Part shown: positions 47,369-57,307 of the stretch, piece by piece | Position numbering within the stretch: position 1 is the stretch's first letter | How the letters are laid out: every line of letters begins with the position of its first letter | Source of the DNA: Thermoplasmata archaeon | GTDB lineage: Archaea; Thermoplasmatota; Thermoplasmata; Lutacidiplasmatales; SKW197 | Direction: 5' to 3' | Length of the DNA: 64,000 nucleotides | NCBI GenBank assembly: GCA_026414225.1 | Contig: JAOAJK010000002.1 | Coordinates: 13,640 to 77,639, forward strand | Program-made: the position numbers and the translations under genes | The notes under the pieces: generated by a model | What the model saw: only the letters and a program-made list of their open reading frames with translations | Told to the model about the DNA's origin: nothing | The model's database searches: none

Positions 47369-48209
47369 ATTTCCATGCGGAGGCAATCACCTCCCGCACG
47401 ATTCTTGCAGCAAGGGCGGAGGTGTTCCCGTTGTCGGAGGGCGGTGAGACCTCCACAACATCAAAGCCGGCAAGCCGTGGGGCAATGAAGTGAATTAACT
47501 TTTTTATCTGGAGCGGTGTCAGCCCGAAGGGTTCCGGTGTGCCAGTGCCTGGCGCATATGCGGGGTCTATTCCATCTATATCAAGCGAGAAGTAGATTTT
47601 TTCACAGCGGAGCATGTTCATTACCCTTTTCGCAACGCTTTCAATTCCCTCCTCATTTACCTGGTAGGCATCGATGTACTGTACCTTTGCGTCTCCCCCG
47701 AATTCGTCCTTTGAAACCGACCGAATTCCCAGGCAAACTACATTTTCCGGTCCAGCCATTTCAAAAATTCTCCTGGTGACGCAGGCATGGTTGTTCTTCG
47801 AGTTCATGTAACTGTCCCTGAAATCCAGATGAGCATCGACAATCAGAAAACCCGTCTCCTTGAAGCATTTTGCGGCTCCAATTGTGACAGAGTGTTCCCC
47901 GCCCAGCATTATTGGAAATTTATTGGCTCCCACGAGCTCCGCAGTGGTTTGCCGGACTAGTTCAACCATCTGGTCTACATCCCCGACTTCATCCAGATTT
48001 CCAAGGTCACACACGGGCACATCGAGGAGGTCAATCTGATGCTCGAAAAGGAAAGTTTCAAAGTTGTAGGAATGCTCCCGTATCGCATTCGGGGCGAATC
48101 TTGCTCCAGGACGGAACGAGGTAGTTCTATCGAATGGGGCCCCGAAAATTACGAATGTTGCCTCTCCAAATTCTGCAGAGGCATCCGCAAACTTAAGCAA
48201 CGATGCCAT
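47355..48209 (-). CDS. speB: Agmatinase (arginase/ureohydrolase family)
   Basis: GGEHSVT, DAHLDFRD and SLDIDGIDPAYAPGTGTPEPFGL Mn-binding motifs. Adjacent to aIF5A as in many archaea. Confidence 0.8.
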   Translation of the reverse strand: MASLLKFADASAEFGEATFVIFGAPFDRTTSFRPGARFAPNAIREHSYNFETFLFEHQIDLLDVPVCDLGNLDEVGDVDQMVELVRQTTAELVGANKFPIMLGGEHSVTIGAAKCFKETGFLIVDAHLDFRDSYMNSKNNHACVTRRIFEMAGPENVVCLGIRSVSKDEFGGDAKVQYIDAYQVNEEGIESVAKRVMNMLRCEKIYFSLDIDGIDPAYAPGTGTPEPFGLTPLQIKKLIHFIAPRLAGFDVVEVSPPSDNGNTSALAARIVREVIASAWKFRKQ

Positions 48210-48211
48210 AA

Positions 48212-48598
48212 CTAAATTCTCATTATCTTTCTTCTGCCCATCGCTTCCACATACTGAATTTCTTTGCCAGTTTCTATCTGGGCTTTCATTTCTTCATCTA
48301 TCGGCAAGGTAAACTGCTCGTAGGTCTGCATGTCCATCAGCTGCACTTCATTCCCGGTGATTGCGAGCACCTGGGCACTTCTCTTGTCTATCACCGGCAC
48401 CTGAACCTTGTGCTTCACCGGAAACACAACGCTCCGCTTCGAGCCGTCAAAGATGCCCACTGCATCAATCCTTGCCTTTGCCTCCCCGTGCTTCCCTGGT
48501 TTTGAGGTCTGGATGCTCAGAATCTTGCAGGGTTCATCGTCTATTATGATGTATCGGCCTTCCTTCAGTTCTCTTACTTCCGCCTGTGTCCAACTCAT
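48212..48598 (-). CDS. eif5a: Translation initiation factor 5A (aIF-5A)
   Basis: Hypusine loop [12 protein letters not shown] and OB folds. Confidence 0.85.
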   Translation of the reverse strand: MSWTQAEVRELKEGRYIIIDDEPCKILSIQTSKPGKHGEAKARIDAVGIFDGSKRSVVFPVKHKVQVPVIDKRSAQVLAITGNEVQLMDMQTYEQFTLPIDEEMKAQIETGKEIQYVEAMGRRKIMRI

Positions 48599-48711
48599 GG
48601 TTATCCCAGTGCCGAGATTGTCTGGTTATATTTTAAGGTTTCTGAATGCTCCCGTTTCGTACCTTTTTTCACCTTTGAGCATGTTTTTATATTTCCTTTT
48701 TATTCTTAATC

Positions 48712-49341
48712 GTGATGTACCGCTACACGAAAGCCATAACATTCAGCAGCAGGGAGTTAAGGGACCTTTCGATTTCTGTGCTCGTGCTCTCCCTGGGCTT
48801 CACCATGGCGAGGAGCTGGGGAACCTGGATAATCTTAACGGACTGGACCCTGTTTTTGTATCTTTTCCTCATATCTTTCGTGGCTGTAATCACGGCATTT
48901 GTGTTTCACGAACTTGCCCATAAGTATGTGGCCAACAGATATGGTTACTGGGCCGAGTACCGTGCGTCGTACTTCTTTCTCCTTGTTGCACTTGCATGCG
49001 CCCTCTTTCTCGGTTTCGTGTTTGCAGCACCAGGAGCGGTGGTGATTGCCGGTTACCTTAGCAGAAAGGAAAACGGCATTATCAGCATTTCTGGTCCAAT
49101 GACAAACTACGGTGTTGCCCTCGCGCTCCTGCCCCTCTTCCTCACCAGTGCATTCTCCGGTTTTCTCGGAGCCCTGATAGAAACCGTGATTTTTGTGAAT
49201 CTGTTTATAGCCGGCTTCAATCTAATTCCGTTTGGAGATCTCGACGGGGCAAAGGTGCTTGCATGGAACTGGAAAATCTGGCTGCTTGCAGTAGCGGCAG
49301 TAGGAGTCACCTTCATCCTTGCATTCTTCGTGCTTCCGTGA
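48712..49341 (+). CDS. M50/site-2-protease-like membrane metalloprotease (COG1994-type)
   Basis: HELAH embedded in a TM helix, about 6 TM helices, and an LDGAKVL C-terminal motif. Confidence 0.5.
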   Translation: MMYRYTKAITFSSRELRDLSISVLVLSLGFTMARSWGTWIILTDWTLFLYLFLISFVAVITAFVFHELAHKYVANRYGYWAEYRASYFFLLVALACALFLGFVFAAPGAVVIAGYLSRKENGIISISGPMTNYGVALALLPLFLTSAFSGFLGALIETVIFVNLFIAGFNLIPFGDLDGAKVLAWNWKIWLLAVAAVGVTFILAFFVLP

Positions 49342-49407
49342 GACCGCACAGATGTCTCGCCAACAGCTAATCTTATATACACTCTCATTTTTCAAAACCT
49401 GATTAGG

Positions 49408-50643
49408 ATGACGGATTCGCAGCTAGCAAGGTACATCTTCAAGAAAAAACTAGATGAAATCAAGGCCTGCAGAGGCAGGGCTACGGAGTTAATTACCCTG
49501 TATGTGCCTCCAGGAAGACAGATTTCGGATGTTTTGAATTACCTCAGGAACGAGTATGCACAGTCGTCGAACATAAAATCAAGGACCACGAGAAAGAATG
49601 TGATGTGGGCAATCGAATCGCTCATGAACAAGGTGAAGACCTACAAGGAGCCCCCGCCAAACGGCGTGGTGTTTTTTGTCGGTACAAAGGCGGTGGGTGC
49701 AGACCAGAGCGAGCCCGTTTCATTCGTGATAGAACCCCCGGAACCGATAAACACCTACATGTACCGGTGTGATTCCTTTTTCTACACCGAGCCCCTTGAG
49801 GACATGCTGCTCGAGAAGGACCTTTACGGTCTCGTGGTGATTGACCGGGCCGAAGCCACCGTGGGCTTCCTCCAGGGCAAGAGAATTACGGTGGTAAAAA
49901 ACAAGCAATCCCTTGTGCCTTCCAAGCATGGCAGGGGCGGTCAATCCCAGCATCGATTTGAGAGGTTGATTGAGCAGGCCGCCCATGAGTTCTATGTGAA
50001 GGTTGCGGACATATGCGCGGAAGCGTTTTTACCCCATCTCAGCAATTTGAAGGGAATCCTGGTTGGCGGGCCTGGTGCCACCAAGGAGTACTTCATAAAC
50101 GAAGGTTATCTGCACCACGAACTGATGAAGAAGGTCATCAAACCATTTTTTGACACTGGCTACACGGACGAATATGGCCTGAAAGAACTTGTGGAAAAGG
50201 CGTCAGAGGTGCTTGCAGACCTCGACCTGATGAAGGAAAAGAAACTCGTGCAGCGATTTCTAAACGAAGTACGAAAACCAGATGGAGGACTTGCAGTTTA
50301 TGGTGAGAAGGAGGTAAGGGACTGTCTGGAAAATGGTTACATTGACACCCTGCTTATTTCTGAAGCAAATCAGAAGATGCGGGTCAACCTTTCCTGCAAG
50401 TACTGCGGTTACAAAGAGGAAAAGACGCTACCGAAAGAACTTGTGCCTTCGAACGCAAGCTGTCCCACGTGCAATGCCGTGGTCGAAATAAAAACTACCG
50501 ACATAGTGGAGGAAATTTCGAAGGTGGCTGAGAACTACGGGACCAAGGTGGAGATTATCTCTGAGGAGAGTGAGGAGGGAAAGATGCTGCTCAACGCGTT
50601 TGGAGGGATTGCAGGAATTTTGAGATATGCAGTAAGCAGATAA
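49408..50643 (+). CDS. prf1: Peptide chain release factor aRF1
   Basis: NIKS motif (SSNIKSRTT), GGQ motif (HGRGGQSQ) and a C-terminal zinc ribbon. Confidence 0.85.
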   Translation: MTDSQLARYIFKKKLDEIKACRGRATELITLYVPPGRQISDVLNYLRNEYAQSSNIKSRTTRKNVMWAIESLMNKVKTYKEPPPNGVVFFVGTKAVGADQSEPVSFVIEPPEPINTYMYRCDSFFYTEPLEDMLLEKDLYGLVVIDRAEATVGFLQGKRITVVKNKQSLVPSKHGRGGQSQHRFERLIEQAAHEFYVKVADICAEAFLPHLSNLKGILVGGPGATKEYFINEGYLHHELMKKVIKPFFDTGYTDEYGLKELVEKASEVLADLDLMKEKKLVQRFLNEVRKPDGGLAVYGEKEVRDCLENGYIDTLLISEANQKMRVNLSCKYCGYKEEKTLPKELVPSNASCPTCNAVVEIKTTDIVEEISKVAENYGTKVEIISEESEEGKMLLNAFGGIAGILRYAVSR

Positions 50644-50648
50644 CACGG

Positions 50649-52529
50649 TCAGGGCTTTTTCCGGTGCCGCAGGAGAATTATGATGGATGCAATGATAAGA
50701 ACAGATACGATAACTGCACAGCCCCATATCAGCCAGATATACCAGGGACCGGGTGTGAACTCCTGAACCGCGGTGCTTACTGTCACGGTAATAGTTGTGG
50801 TCTGGGTATTCCCTGATGGGTCCGTAGCCCGTGCATGGATTGTGTTTGTACCTTCATGCAGGGTGAGGTTTGCCATCCAGAGAGAAGTACCCACCGCGGG
50901 TAACCAGTTCGCACCATCTACGCTGACTTCAACCTTCTGAATCGCGACATTGTCCGATGCGGTCCCTGTAACCACCACCGATGTGTTTGTCAGAACCGCC
51001 CCGTCGCTTGGATAAGTTATCATCACGGTTGGCTTCACTGTGTCAGTACCGTTAGATAAATGCTCGTACGCGCCGATGTCGTAGCCATCACCCTGCGGGC
51101 GGGAGACACCATCAAGGTCGATACCTGGTGCCCCCGTGGCAGTACCGTTATCTATTGCTGGGCTTCCTGGCTGCAGGTGATAATTTCCACCTGTGCCGGC
51201 TGCAGGATTGAGGAATCTAGGATCTCCGTAGAGATTTCCAGTGCCAGTACTCCCGATTTCCGTGGAGTTGTAGACAGTACTGCCGAACTGAACCACATTG
51301 TCGGTGCAGTTTGGCATGTAAAAGAGACAGGACTCCATCACAAGGTCAACTGCACCAGCAATGAATATCCCTGAATTCTGCCCCCTGGCGCAGAAGATTG
51401 TGTTCCTCACTGTCAGATTAATCTGGGTGGTGGGGTTATCGTACTGCACATGCATGAGATAGTTCTCGCCCACGAAATCGTCAATTGCAAGATTTGTCAG
51501 CTCAAATGTGGAGCCAGCATATTCCGTGTGAATGACCACTGCTGACCAGGGCATCGGTGTCATGTTGCCGCCTCCCCTACCATATATCAGCGTGTTCACT
51601 GCTTTGCTCCCGGTGCCCCACAGCTTGATGCCGTCGCAGCGGTTGTTGGCTACCACGCACTCGTGGATATATGTGTTGTTTGATTTGGAATCGAGTCCAT
51701 CACCGAGGTTGAAGGCAATGAGTGAGTTTGCAATCTCAATTGGGCCGTTTGAGGTCTCAATGCCGAAGCCATCCGGGCGGTCGTACGGACTGACATCGGG
51801 AACATCCGGTCCTGTGTAATAGTTGCCTTGATAGTACCAGCCCGCATATGCCAGGCTGCAGTTGCGGATAGTCACATTCCGCCAGCCCCCCTCCACACCG
51901 GCAGGGCCGCCAATAGACCCGAAACCACAATGCGAAATTGTACAGTTGAGAATCTTGAGTTCGTTCACATCAGCCATGTTCAGCCCGAACTCGTCGATAT
52001 GGTGGATGTAAATCTCCCGGAGGACTATATTTTCCGCGGAGCCATCGAGCGCCGCGATACCATCACGGAACATCGCGCCGTCGTTGCTCGTTATCTCAAT
52101 GTTTTCCAGGACGATGTATCTCTTGCCTGACAGGTCAACCCCAGCTCGCAGGTTATCCTGGCCTGCAAGCACGGGCCTGTGGCCCTCCTCACCACGGATT
52201 GTTATCCATGCATTTTGCATTCCCGAGTTTTCAGGAAGGATTATGTCTTCCTCCGTGCTTAGATTGTACCTGCCACCGAGAATCACGAGTGTATCACCTG
52301 GCTGTAACTGTCTCGACCCGTAGCCGGGGGTTGCCCAAGGCTTGGAGAGCGTTCCCGGGTTTGAGTTGTTTCCAGTCGGGGACACATAATACACATTTCC
52401 AAGCGGGGAGAACTGGGGACCAGGCGATGCAGGCGGATGGAACATACTCTGCGAGAGGATTCCACCGTGAACTAGAAGCATTGTAGCCAGGAGCATCGTC
52501 ACAGAACCGGGGAAGCGCGTCCTTCGCAT
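50649..52529 (-). CDS. Secreted/surface-anchored right-handed beta-helix (pectate-lyase/NosD-like) protein with Ig-like domain and C-terminal TM anchor
   Basis: Signal peptide MRRTRFPGSVTMLLATMLLV. Repetitive beta-helix coils (NxxIxxN/G periodicity). A BIG/cadherin-like region (TVKPTVMITYPSDG...). C-terminus PGPWYIWLIWGCAVIVSVLIIASIIILLRHRKKP. The ORF-track start at 52601 is probably too far upstream; the Met at about 52529 is preferred. Confidence 0.55.
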   Translation of the reverse strand: MRRTRFPGSVTMLLATMLLVHGGILSQSMFHPPASPGPQFSPLGNVYYVSPTGNNSNPGTLSKPWATPGYGSRQLQPGDTLVILGGRYNLSTEEDIILPENSGMQNAWITIRGEEGHRPVLAGQDNLRAGVDLSGKRYIVLENIEITSNDGAMFRDGIAALDGSAENIVLREIYIHHIDEFGLNMADVNELKILNCTISHCGFGSIGGPAGVEGGWRNVTIRNCSLAYAGWYYQGNYYTGPDVPDVSPYDRPDGFGIETSNGPIEIANSLIAFNLGDGLDSKSNNTYIHECVVANNRCDGIKLWGTGSKAVNTLIYGRGGGNMTPMPWSAVVIHTEYAGSTFELTNLAIDDFVGENYLMHVQYDNPTTQINLTVRNTIFCARGQNSGIFIAGAVDLVMESCLFYMPNCTDNVVQFGSTVYNSTEIGSTGTGNLYGDPRFLNPAAGTGGNYHLQPGSPAIDNGTATGAPGIDLDGVSRPQGDGYDIGAYEHLSNGTDTVKPTVMITYPSDGAVLTNTSVVVTGTASDNVAIQKVEVSVDGANWLPAVGTSLWMANLTLHEGTNTIHARATDPSGNTQTTTITVTVSTAVQEFTPGPWYIWLIWGCAVIVSVLIIASIIILLRHRKKP

Positions 52530-52614
52530 GGCAACCATATTTTCTGGGATGTATTTAAAAATTTTGAGGTCTACCAGCAAATTTTTATAGCTATGGTGCA
52601 ATCATGGTTCCGAG

Positions 52615-53364
52615 ATGTACAATCCTTCGTTGAGAAAGATTGATGAACTTGTTCTCGGCTACCTGAAGGACAAACAGCTCAGGGCTGAAGAGGTAGGTGT
52701 TAAACCCCTCGTTTTGCTCATAGAAAACAGGAGATTGCACGAGCTGCTGGTTGAAAGTGTGAATGCCCAGCGAAGCCCTGACTGGCTCTACGATGCTACG
52801 GCCCCGCTCTATTTCGCAAAGCTGCCTGGAATTGAACTATCAGTTGTAGGTGTGCTCCCACCGTCGCATGCTTTTCTAACCGAAATCGAGGTGCTGAAGC
52901 ACCTCGGTGCAAGAATGTTTGTTGGTGTATTTGAAGCCATAGGGGTGGGTACGGGTGCCGGCAAACTTTTCCTGGTTGAAAGTGCGGCCTGTCTTGATGG
53001 GGCTTCTTACCGTTATTCGGGAGGTAGAAGGGAAATCAGTGCCAGTTATCGCCTCCACAAATTTTTGAAAGCAATATTTGAGATGGAGGAGATCAAGATG
53101 GTCGAGGCGAGAGCAGGTTCCATGGATACTCCTTATCTCCTCCTCGAAAACGATGTCCAGTATTTGCGGGCAAACAGGGTGAGCCTTATTTCGTTTCATA
53201 TTCCCCCGCTCTACGCCTTCAGTTTCTACTCGGGTTGCGAGGCAGTTGGACTGGCAGTAACAAGGGAGGACCTCTTGCTTAAGCCGAAAGTTGCAACCGC
53301 TGGGCTCTATGAGGGGCTTGCAGACATCCTTGCCAGACATCTGCATGAGACAGCATTCGTTTGA
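52615..53364 (+). CDS. Divergent PNP/UDP-phosphorylase (MTAN/PNP) fold protein lacking the canonical Gly-rich phosphate loop
   Basis: Manually alignable to DeoD. [38 protein letters not shown] aligns with [51 protein letters not shown] aligns with VIGMGACTDS. MVEARAG aligns with GVEMEAAG. Its stop overlaps the start of the GTPase gene. Confidence 0.4.
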   Translation: [249 protein letters not shown]

Positions 53365-54305
53365 TAAACTTTGTACATCACAACCTTTTAATCTCCGTGA
53401 GGGATATACCCATCATGAAGAGATTGGTGAAGAAGATTGCGTTGCTTGGAGATGGAGCGGTCGGGAAAACGAGTTTGATTGCAAGATATGTGCACAATGC
53501 ATTCGATGAAAGTTACATCCAGACAATCGGAACGCGGGTTTCAAAGAAGGAGGTGGCGGTGGAGACAATTGAGGACAGGTTTTCGATTAACCTCATAATC
53601 TGGGATATCCTAGGACAGAAGGAATACCGGGGTGTCCACTTCAATGCTTTTAAAGGGGTGGAAGGGGCAATAATGGTGTGCGATATTACAAGAAGGGAAA
53701 CCCTTGATAGTTTGGAGGAATACTGGATTCCCTCGCTGAAGAAGGTGACAGGGGAAATTCCACTCATATTTTTTGCAAACAAGTCAGACCTTATTTCCGA
53801 AAGAAAATTTGATTTTGCAGACCTCCAGAAAATTGCGAACGAAAATCTGCATACTGGCGCAGGAGGCAAACTCAAAAATGCCTTCCTCACCAGTGCCAAG
53901 ACAGGCGACAATGTGGAGGTAGGTTTCAAGCACATGGTAGCATTTCTGATGCTCCTGGAGGATGAGGAGAAGAGGGATGCCAGGAGTTTCATAATTGATT
54001 CATTGCTCCGCTCGATCGAGGCGATGGATGTGGACACCAGCACCCTGCATGGTGCCCTCGACGCAATCATGGTGGATTTCACGACAACCTTTGGGAATGA
54101 AAGCCAGGCAATGGACCTGTTAAGGGAGGCGTTTAAAGAGGCAAATCTGACGCTCAAAGAACCCACTTTCGTGGGTGTGGAAAAACTCATCTATGCCCTG
54201 TCGAGGAAGGAGCGGACAGCAGGGAAGCCCGAGGAGGTTATCAAGGCAAATCTGGAAAAACGGTTTTTGATGCTGAAGAAGGCAAAAAACCCCGGGACTT
54301 CCTGA
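53361..54305 (+). CDS. Rab/Ras-family small GTPase (eukaryote-like) with about 140-aa helical C-terminal extension
   Basis: G1 GDGAVGKTS. Switch I ESYIQTIG resembles Rab ESYISTIG. G3 IWDILGQKEY resembles WDTAGQE. G4 FANKSDL. G5 TSAKTGDNVE resembles Rab ETSAKxxxNVE. The probable start is the internal Met at about 53415. Confidence 0.7.
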   Translation: MINFVHHNLLISVRDIPIMKRLVKKIALLGDGAVGKTSLIARYVHNAFDESYIQTIGTRVSKKEVAVETIEDRFSINLIIWDILGQKEYRGVHFNAFKGVEGAIMVCDITRRETLDSLEEYWIPSLKKVTGEIPLIFFANKSDLISERKFDFADLQKIANENLHTGAGGKLKNAFLTSAKTGDNVEVGFKHMVAFLMLLEDEEKRDARSFIIDSLLRSIEAMDVDTSTLHGALDAIMVDFTTTFGNESQAMDLLREAFKEANLTLKEPTFVGVEKLIYALSRKERTAGKPEEVIKANLEKRFLMLKKAKNPGTS

Positions 54306-54428
54306 AGTTCTGGCTTTTTTTAATACTAACTTCACCGAGTGTGAAATTAATTAGAAAACTTTATATAGTAGTGCATACATACTCGTTTCTGATGACAAAC
54401 GAAGGTTAACAACTTGGAGGTGATACAC

Positions 54429-54947
54429 ATGTTTGGAAGAAAGAAGGATGATGAAAACAAAATCGAAATCCGGAAGAAGGATGTGGGTATTATGAGCAGG
54501 GACGACCATGACCCCTTCGAGGAGTTCGAGAGGGCCATGAGAAACTTTGAAAGGGCCTTCTTCGAGATGGCATTCAGAACACCGTTCTCATTCAGGAGAG
54601 AAATCGTAGAACCAGAGATACGGGCACCGTTCGTTGACATGATAGACACAGGCAAGGAATTCAAGGTGATTGCGGAGATGCCTGGGGCTACAAAGGACAA
54701 GATAGATATCTCAATCTCCGGCAACACCCTTGAGATTTCCTCTGAAACTGGCACCGAAAGCGAGAGCACAGAGGGAAATGTAGTCCACAGGGAGCGGAGC
54801 TTCAGGAAATTCTACAGATGCATCGAACTGCCCGAGGACATAATTCCTGAGAAGGCAACATCCAAACTGAACAACGGGGTCCTTGAAATCGTGCTGCCAA
54901 AGAAGAACCCCACTGAAAAGAAGAAGGTGAAGGTGAACATTGAGTAA
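54429..54947 (+). CDS. hsp20: Hsp20/alpha-crystallin small heat-shock protein
   Basis: ACD core [26 protein letters not shown]...[17 protein letters not shown] lies 6 nt upstream of the ATG. Confidence 0.8.
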   Translation: MFGRKKDDENKIEIRKKDVGIMSRDDHDPFEEFERAMRNFERAFFEMAFRTPFSFRREIVEPEIRAPFVDMIDTGKEFKVIAEMPGATKDKIDISISGNTLEISSETGTESESTEGNVVHRERSFRKFYRCIELPEDIIPEKATSKLNNGVLEIVLPKKNPTEKKKVKVNIE

Positions 54948-55003
54948 ACGCTCTTCCTTTTTTTCTCTTAGTTTTTACCTTCGTTTTGTCAGGAGGTGGT
55001 AAA

Positions 55004-57196
55004 ATGTCAGGAAAGATTTCTGAAAAAGAGCATTTGAAGGTAATTGAGGCAACTCCCAGGGACGCAGGCAGAGGCATCGTTCGTATAGACACGGAGTACA
55101 TGGAGAGAAACGGACTTGAGCCAGGTGATGTAGTAATAGTGGAAGGCACCAGGAAAACCGCAGCAATCGTCTGGCCCAGTTATCCAGATGATGAGGGTAC
55201 TGGCACGATCAGGATGGATGGAATTACGAGAAAGAACGCTGGTGCAGGGATTGATGACAAGGTGGTGGTGAGAAAGGCAGATGTGAAGAAGGCCTCAAGG
55301 GTTGTGTTCTCTCCAACTGAACCGATAAAAATTTTCGGGGCAGAGTATCTTTCCCAGATTCTTGAAGGGAGAGTGCTCATGAAGGGGGATGCGGTGGAAC
55401 TCAACCTTATGGGCAGAAAGGTCACGCTCATTGTCACCTCTTACGCTCCTTCTGCAGATGTAGTGATGATAAACGGGAATACAGAGGTTGAGGTAAGTGA
55501 AAAGATTGCAAAGGAGAAGGAGGTAGGAGTGAGCAGGGTAAGCTACGAGGATATAGGCGGACTCAAGGAAGAAATCAAGAAGGTGAGGGAGATGATAGAG
55601 CTTCCGCTTCGCCACCCGGAGCTTTTCGACCGCCTGGGTATAGAAGCCCCGAAGGGTGTGCTCCTCCACGGACCACCTGGCACAGGCAAGACCCTGCTCG
55701 CGAAGGCAGTTGCCAACGAAACCAACGCAAATTTCTATTCAATTAGCGGTCCTGAGATAATGAGCAAGTTCTATGGCCAGAGCGAGGAAAACTTGCGGGA
55801 AATCTTCAAAGAGGCGGAGGAAAACGCGCCATCCATAATATTCATTGATGAGATAGACTCGATTGCACCGAAGCGGGATGATATCAAAGGGGAGGTCGAG
55901 ACCAGGGTTGTAGCCCAGCTCCTAGCCCTGATGGACGGGCTTAAAAGCAGGGGCAGGGTGGTTGTAATAGGGGCTACGAATAGGCCGAACGCTCTTGACC
56001 CTGCACTCAGGAGGCCAGGCAGATTTGATAGAGAGATTGAACTCGGAATTCCGAACAGGGATGCACGGCACGAAATTCTACAGATTCATACGAGGGGGAT
56101 GCCACTCGCCGAAGATGTGGACCTTGCAGCCCTTGCAGACCTCACCCATGGATATTCCGGTGCAGACCTTGCAGCGCTTGTGAAGGAAGCAGGGATGAAA
56201 GCCCTCAGGAGAATTTTACCTAACATAGACATGGAAAGCGAGAAAATACCCGTGCAAACTTTGAACTCGATCAAGGTGACCAAAGACGATTTTATCGGGG
56301 CTTTCAGGGAAATGGAGCCCTCAACGCTGAGGGAGGTCCTGATTGAACGCCCGAATGTGCACTGGGGTGACATTGGCGGGCTTGAAGCCCAGAAGGAGGA
56401 GCTGAAGGAGGCGGTCGAATGGCCGCTGAAATACCCTGCCCTGTTCAGGCACTTCAACACGAAGCCACCCAAGGGAATTCTGCTCTACGGGCCGCCAGGC
56501 ACAGGCAAGACCCTGCTTGCCAAAGCAGTTGCCACCGAGAGCGAGGCAAACTTCATCTCTGTGAAAGGTCCGGAATTCCTCTCGAAATGGGTGGGCGAGA
56601 GCGAGAAGGCGGTGAGGGAAACCTTCAGGAAGGCAAAGATGGCAGCACCCTGCGTCATCTTCTTTGATGAAATTGATGCAATTGTTCCCGTGAGGGGGCA
56701 GAGCTGCGATTCCCATGTGACCGAGCGGGTGATAAGCCAGATGCTGTCAGAGCTGGACGGAATCGAGGAGCTGCACAATGTGGTCGTGATTGCGGCCACA
56801 AACAGGCCCGATATAATAGACCCTGCTGTCCTGAGACCTGGCAGGTTTGACAGGTTGATCTATGTGCCTATGCCTGGTAACGAGGAACGGCTCAGCATCC
56901 TCAAGATTCACACGAAGAACATGCCCCTTGCAGAGGATGTCAAGATTGAGAGAATCGTGGAACTGACCGAGAACTACAACGGTGCGGACCTCGCGGCGGT
57001 AGTCCAGAAGGCAAGTTACCTGGCAATGAGGGAATACCTGAACGAGAGCGGCGGGAAGGTGGATGAGGAGAAGCTCAAAAATGTAAAGGTAACAATGAAG
57101 CACTTTGAGGAGGCGTTGAAGCAGGTGAAACCCCTTTCAAAACAGGAGATAGAGAGATACACCCGCATGTGCGAAAGCTTCAGGAAAAGGGAGTGA
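55004..57196 (+). CDS. cdc48: CDC48/VCP-like AAA+ ATPase (two AAA domains)
   Basis: N-domain double-psi barrel. D1 [17 protein letters not shown] with DEIDSIAP. D2 [17 protein letters not shown] with [11 protein letters not shown] motifs present. GGAGGTG lies 5 nt upstream of the ATG. Confidence 0.85.
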   Translation: MSGKISEKEHLKVIEATPRDAGRGIVRIDTEYMERNGLEPGDVVIVEGTRKTAAIVWPSYPDDEGTGTIRMDGITRKNAGAGIDDKVVVRKADVKKASRVVFSPTEPIKIFGAEYLSQILEGRVLMKGDAVELNLMGRKVTLIVTSYAPSADVVMINGNTEVEVSEKIAKEKEVGVSRVSYEDIGGLKEEIKKVREMIELPLRHPELFDRLGIEAPKGVLLHGPPGTGKTLLAKAVANETNANFYSISGPEIMSKFYGQSEENLREIFKEAEENAPSIIFIDEIDSIAPKRDDIKGEVETRVVAQLLALMDGLKSRGRVVVIGATNRPNALDPALRRPGRFDREIELGIPNRDARHEILQIHTRGMPLAEDVDLAALADLTHGYSGADLAALVKEAGMKALRRILPNIDMESEKIPVQTLNSIKVTKDDFIGAFREMEPSTLREVLIERPNVHWGDIGGLEAQKEELKEAVEWPLKYPALFRHFNTKPPKGILLYGPPGTGKTLLAKAVATESEANFISVKGPEFLSKWVGESEKAVRETFRKAKMAAPCVIFFDEIDAIVPVRGQSCDSHVTERVISQMLSELDGIEELHNVVVIAATNRPDIIDPAVLRPGRFDRLIYVPMPGNEERLSILKIHTKNMPLAEDVKIERIVELTENYNGADLAAVVQKASYLAMREYLNESGGKVDEEKLKNVKVTMKHFEEALKQVKPLSKQEIERYTRMCESFRKRE

Positions 57197-57224
57197 CCAA
57201 ATACTTCCCTTAAACCTCTTTTTC

Positions 57225-57245
57225 AACTAATTTTTTTAAGTCCTC
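57225..57245. terminator. Oligo-T tracts in convergent intergenic region (archaeal intrinsic terminator candidates)
   Basis: ctaatttttttaagtcc lies between the convergent cdc48 (plus) and membrane-protein (minus) genes. Confidence 0.3.
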
Positions 57246-57307
57246 TGTTCTACTTTCGCATAACTTCTGCCCTTCTCTCTTTATTAAAAAAAACTGAAAA
57301 GAGCAGT

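Noticed and set aside
52602-52614. Only 13 bp between the track starts of the divergent beta-helix gene (52601) and the PNP-fold gene (52615)
   Set aside because: It is not a real overlap problem. The beta-helix gene most likely starts at the internal Met of its signal peptide, at about 52529. That leaves a normal divergent promoter region with TATA-like tttttatagc and ttttaaatac elements.
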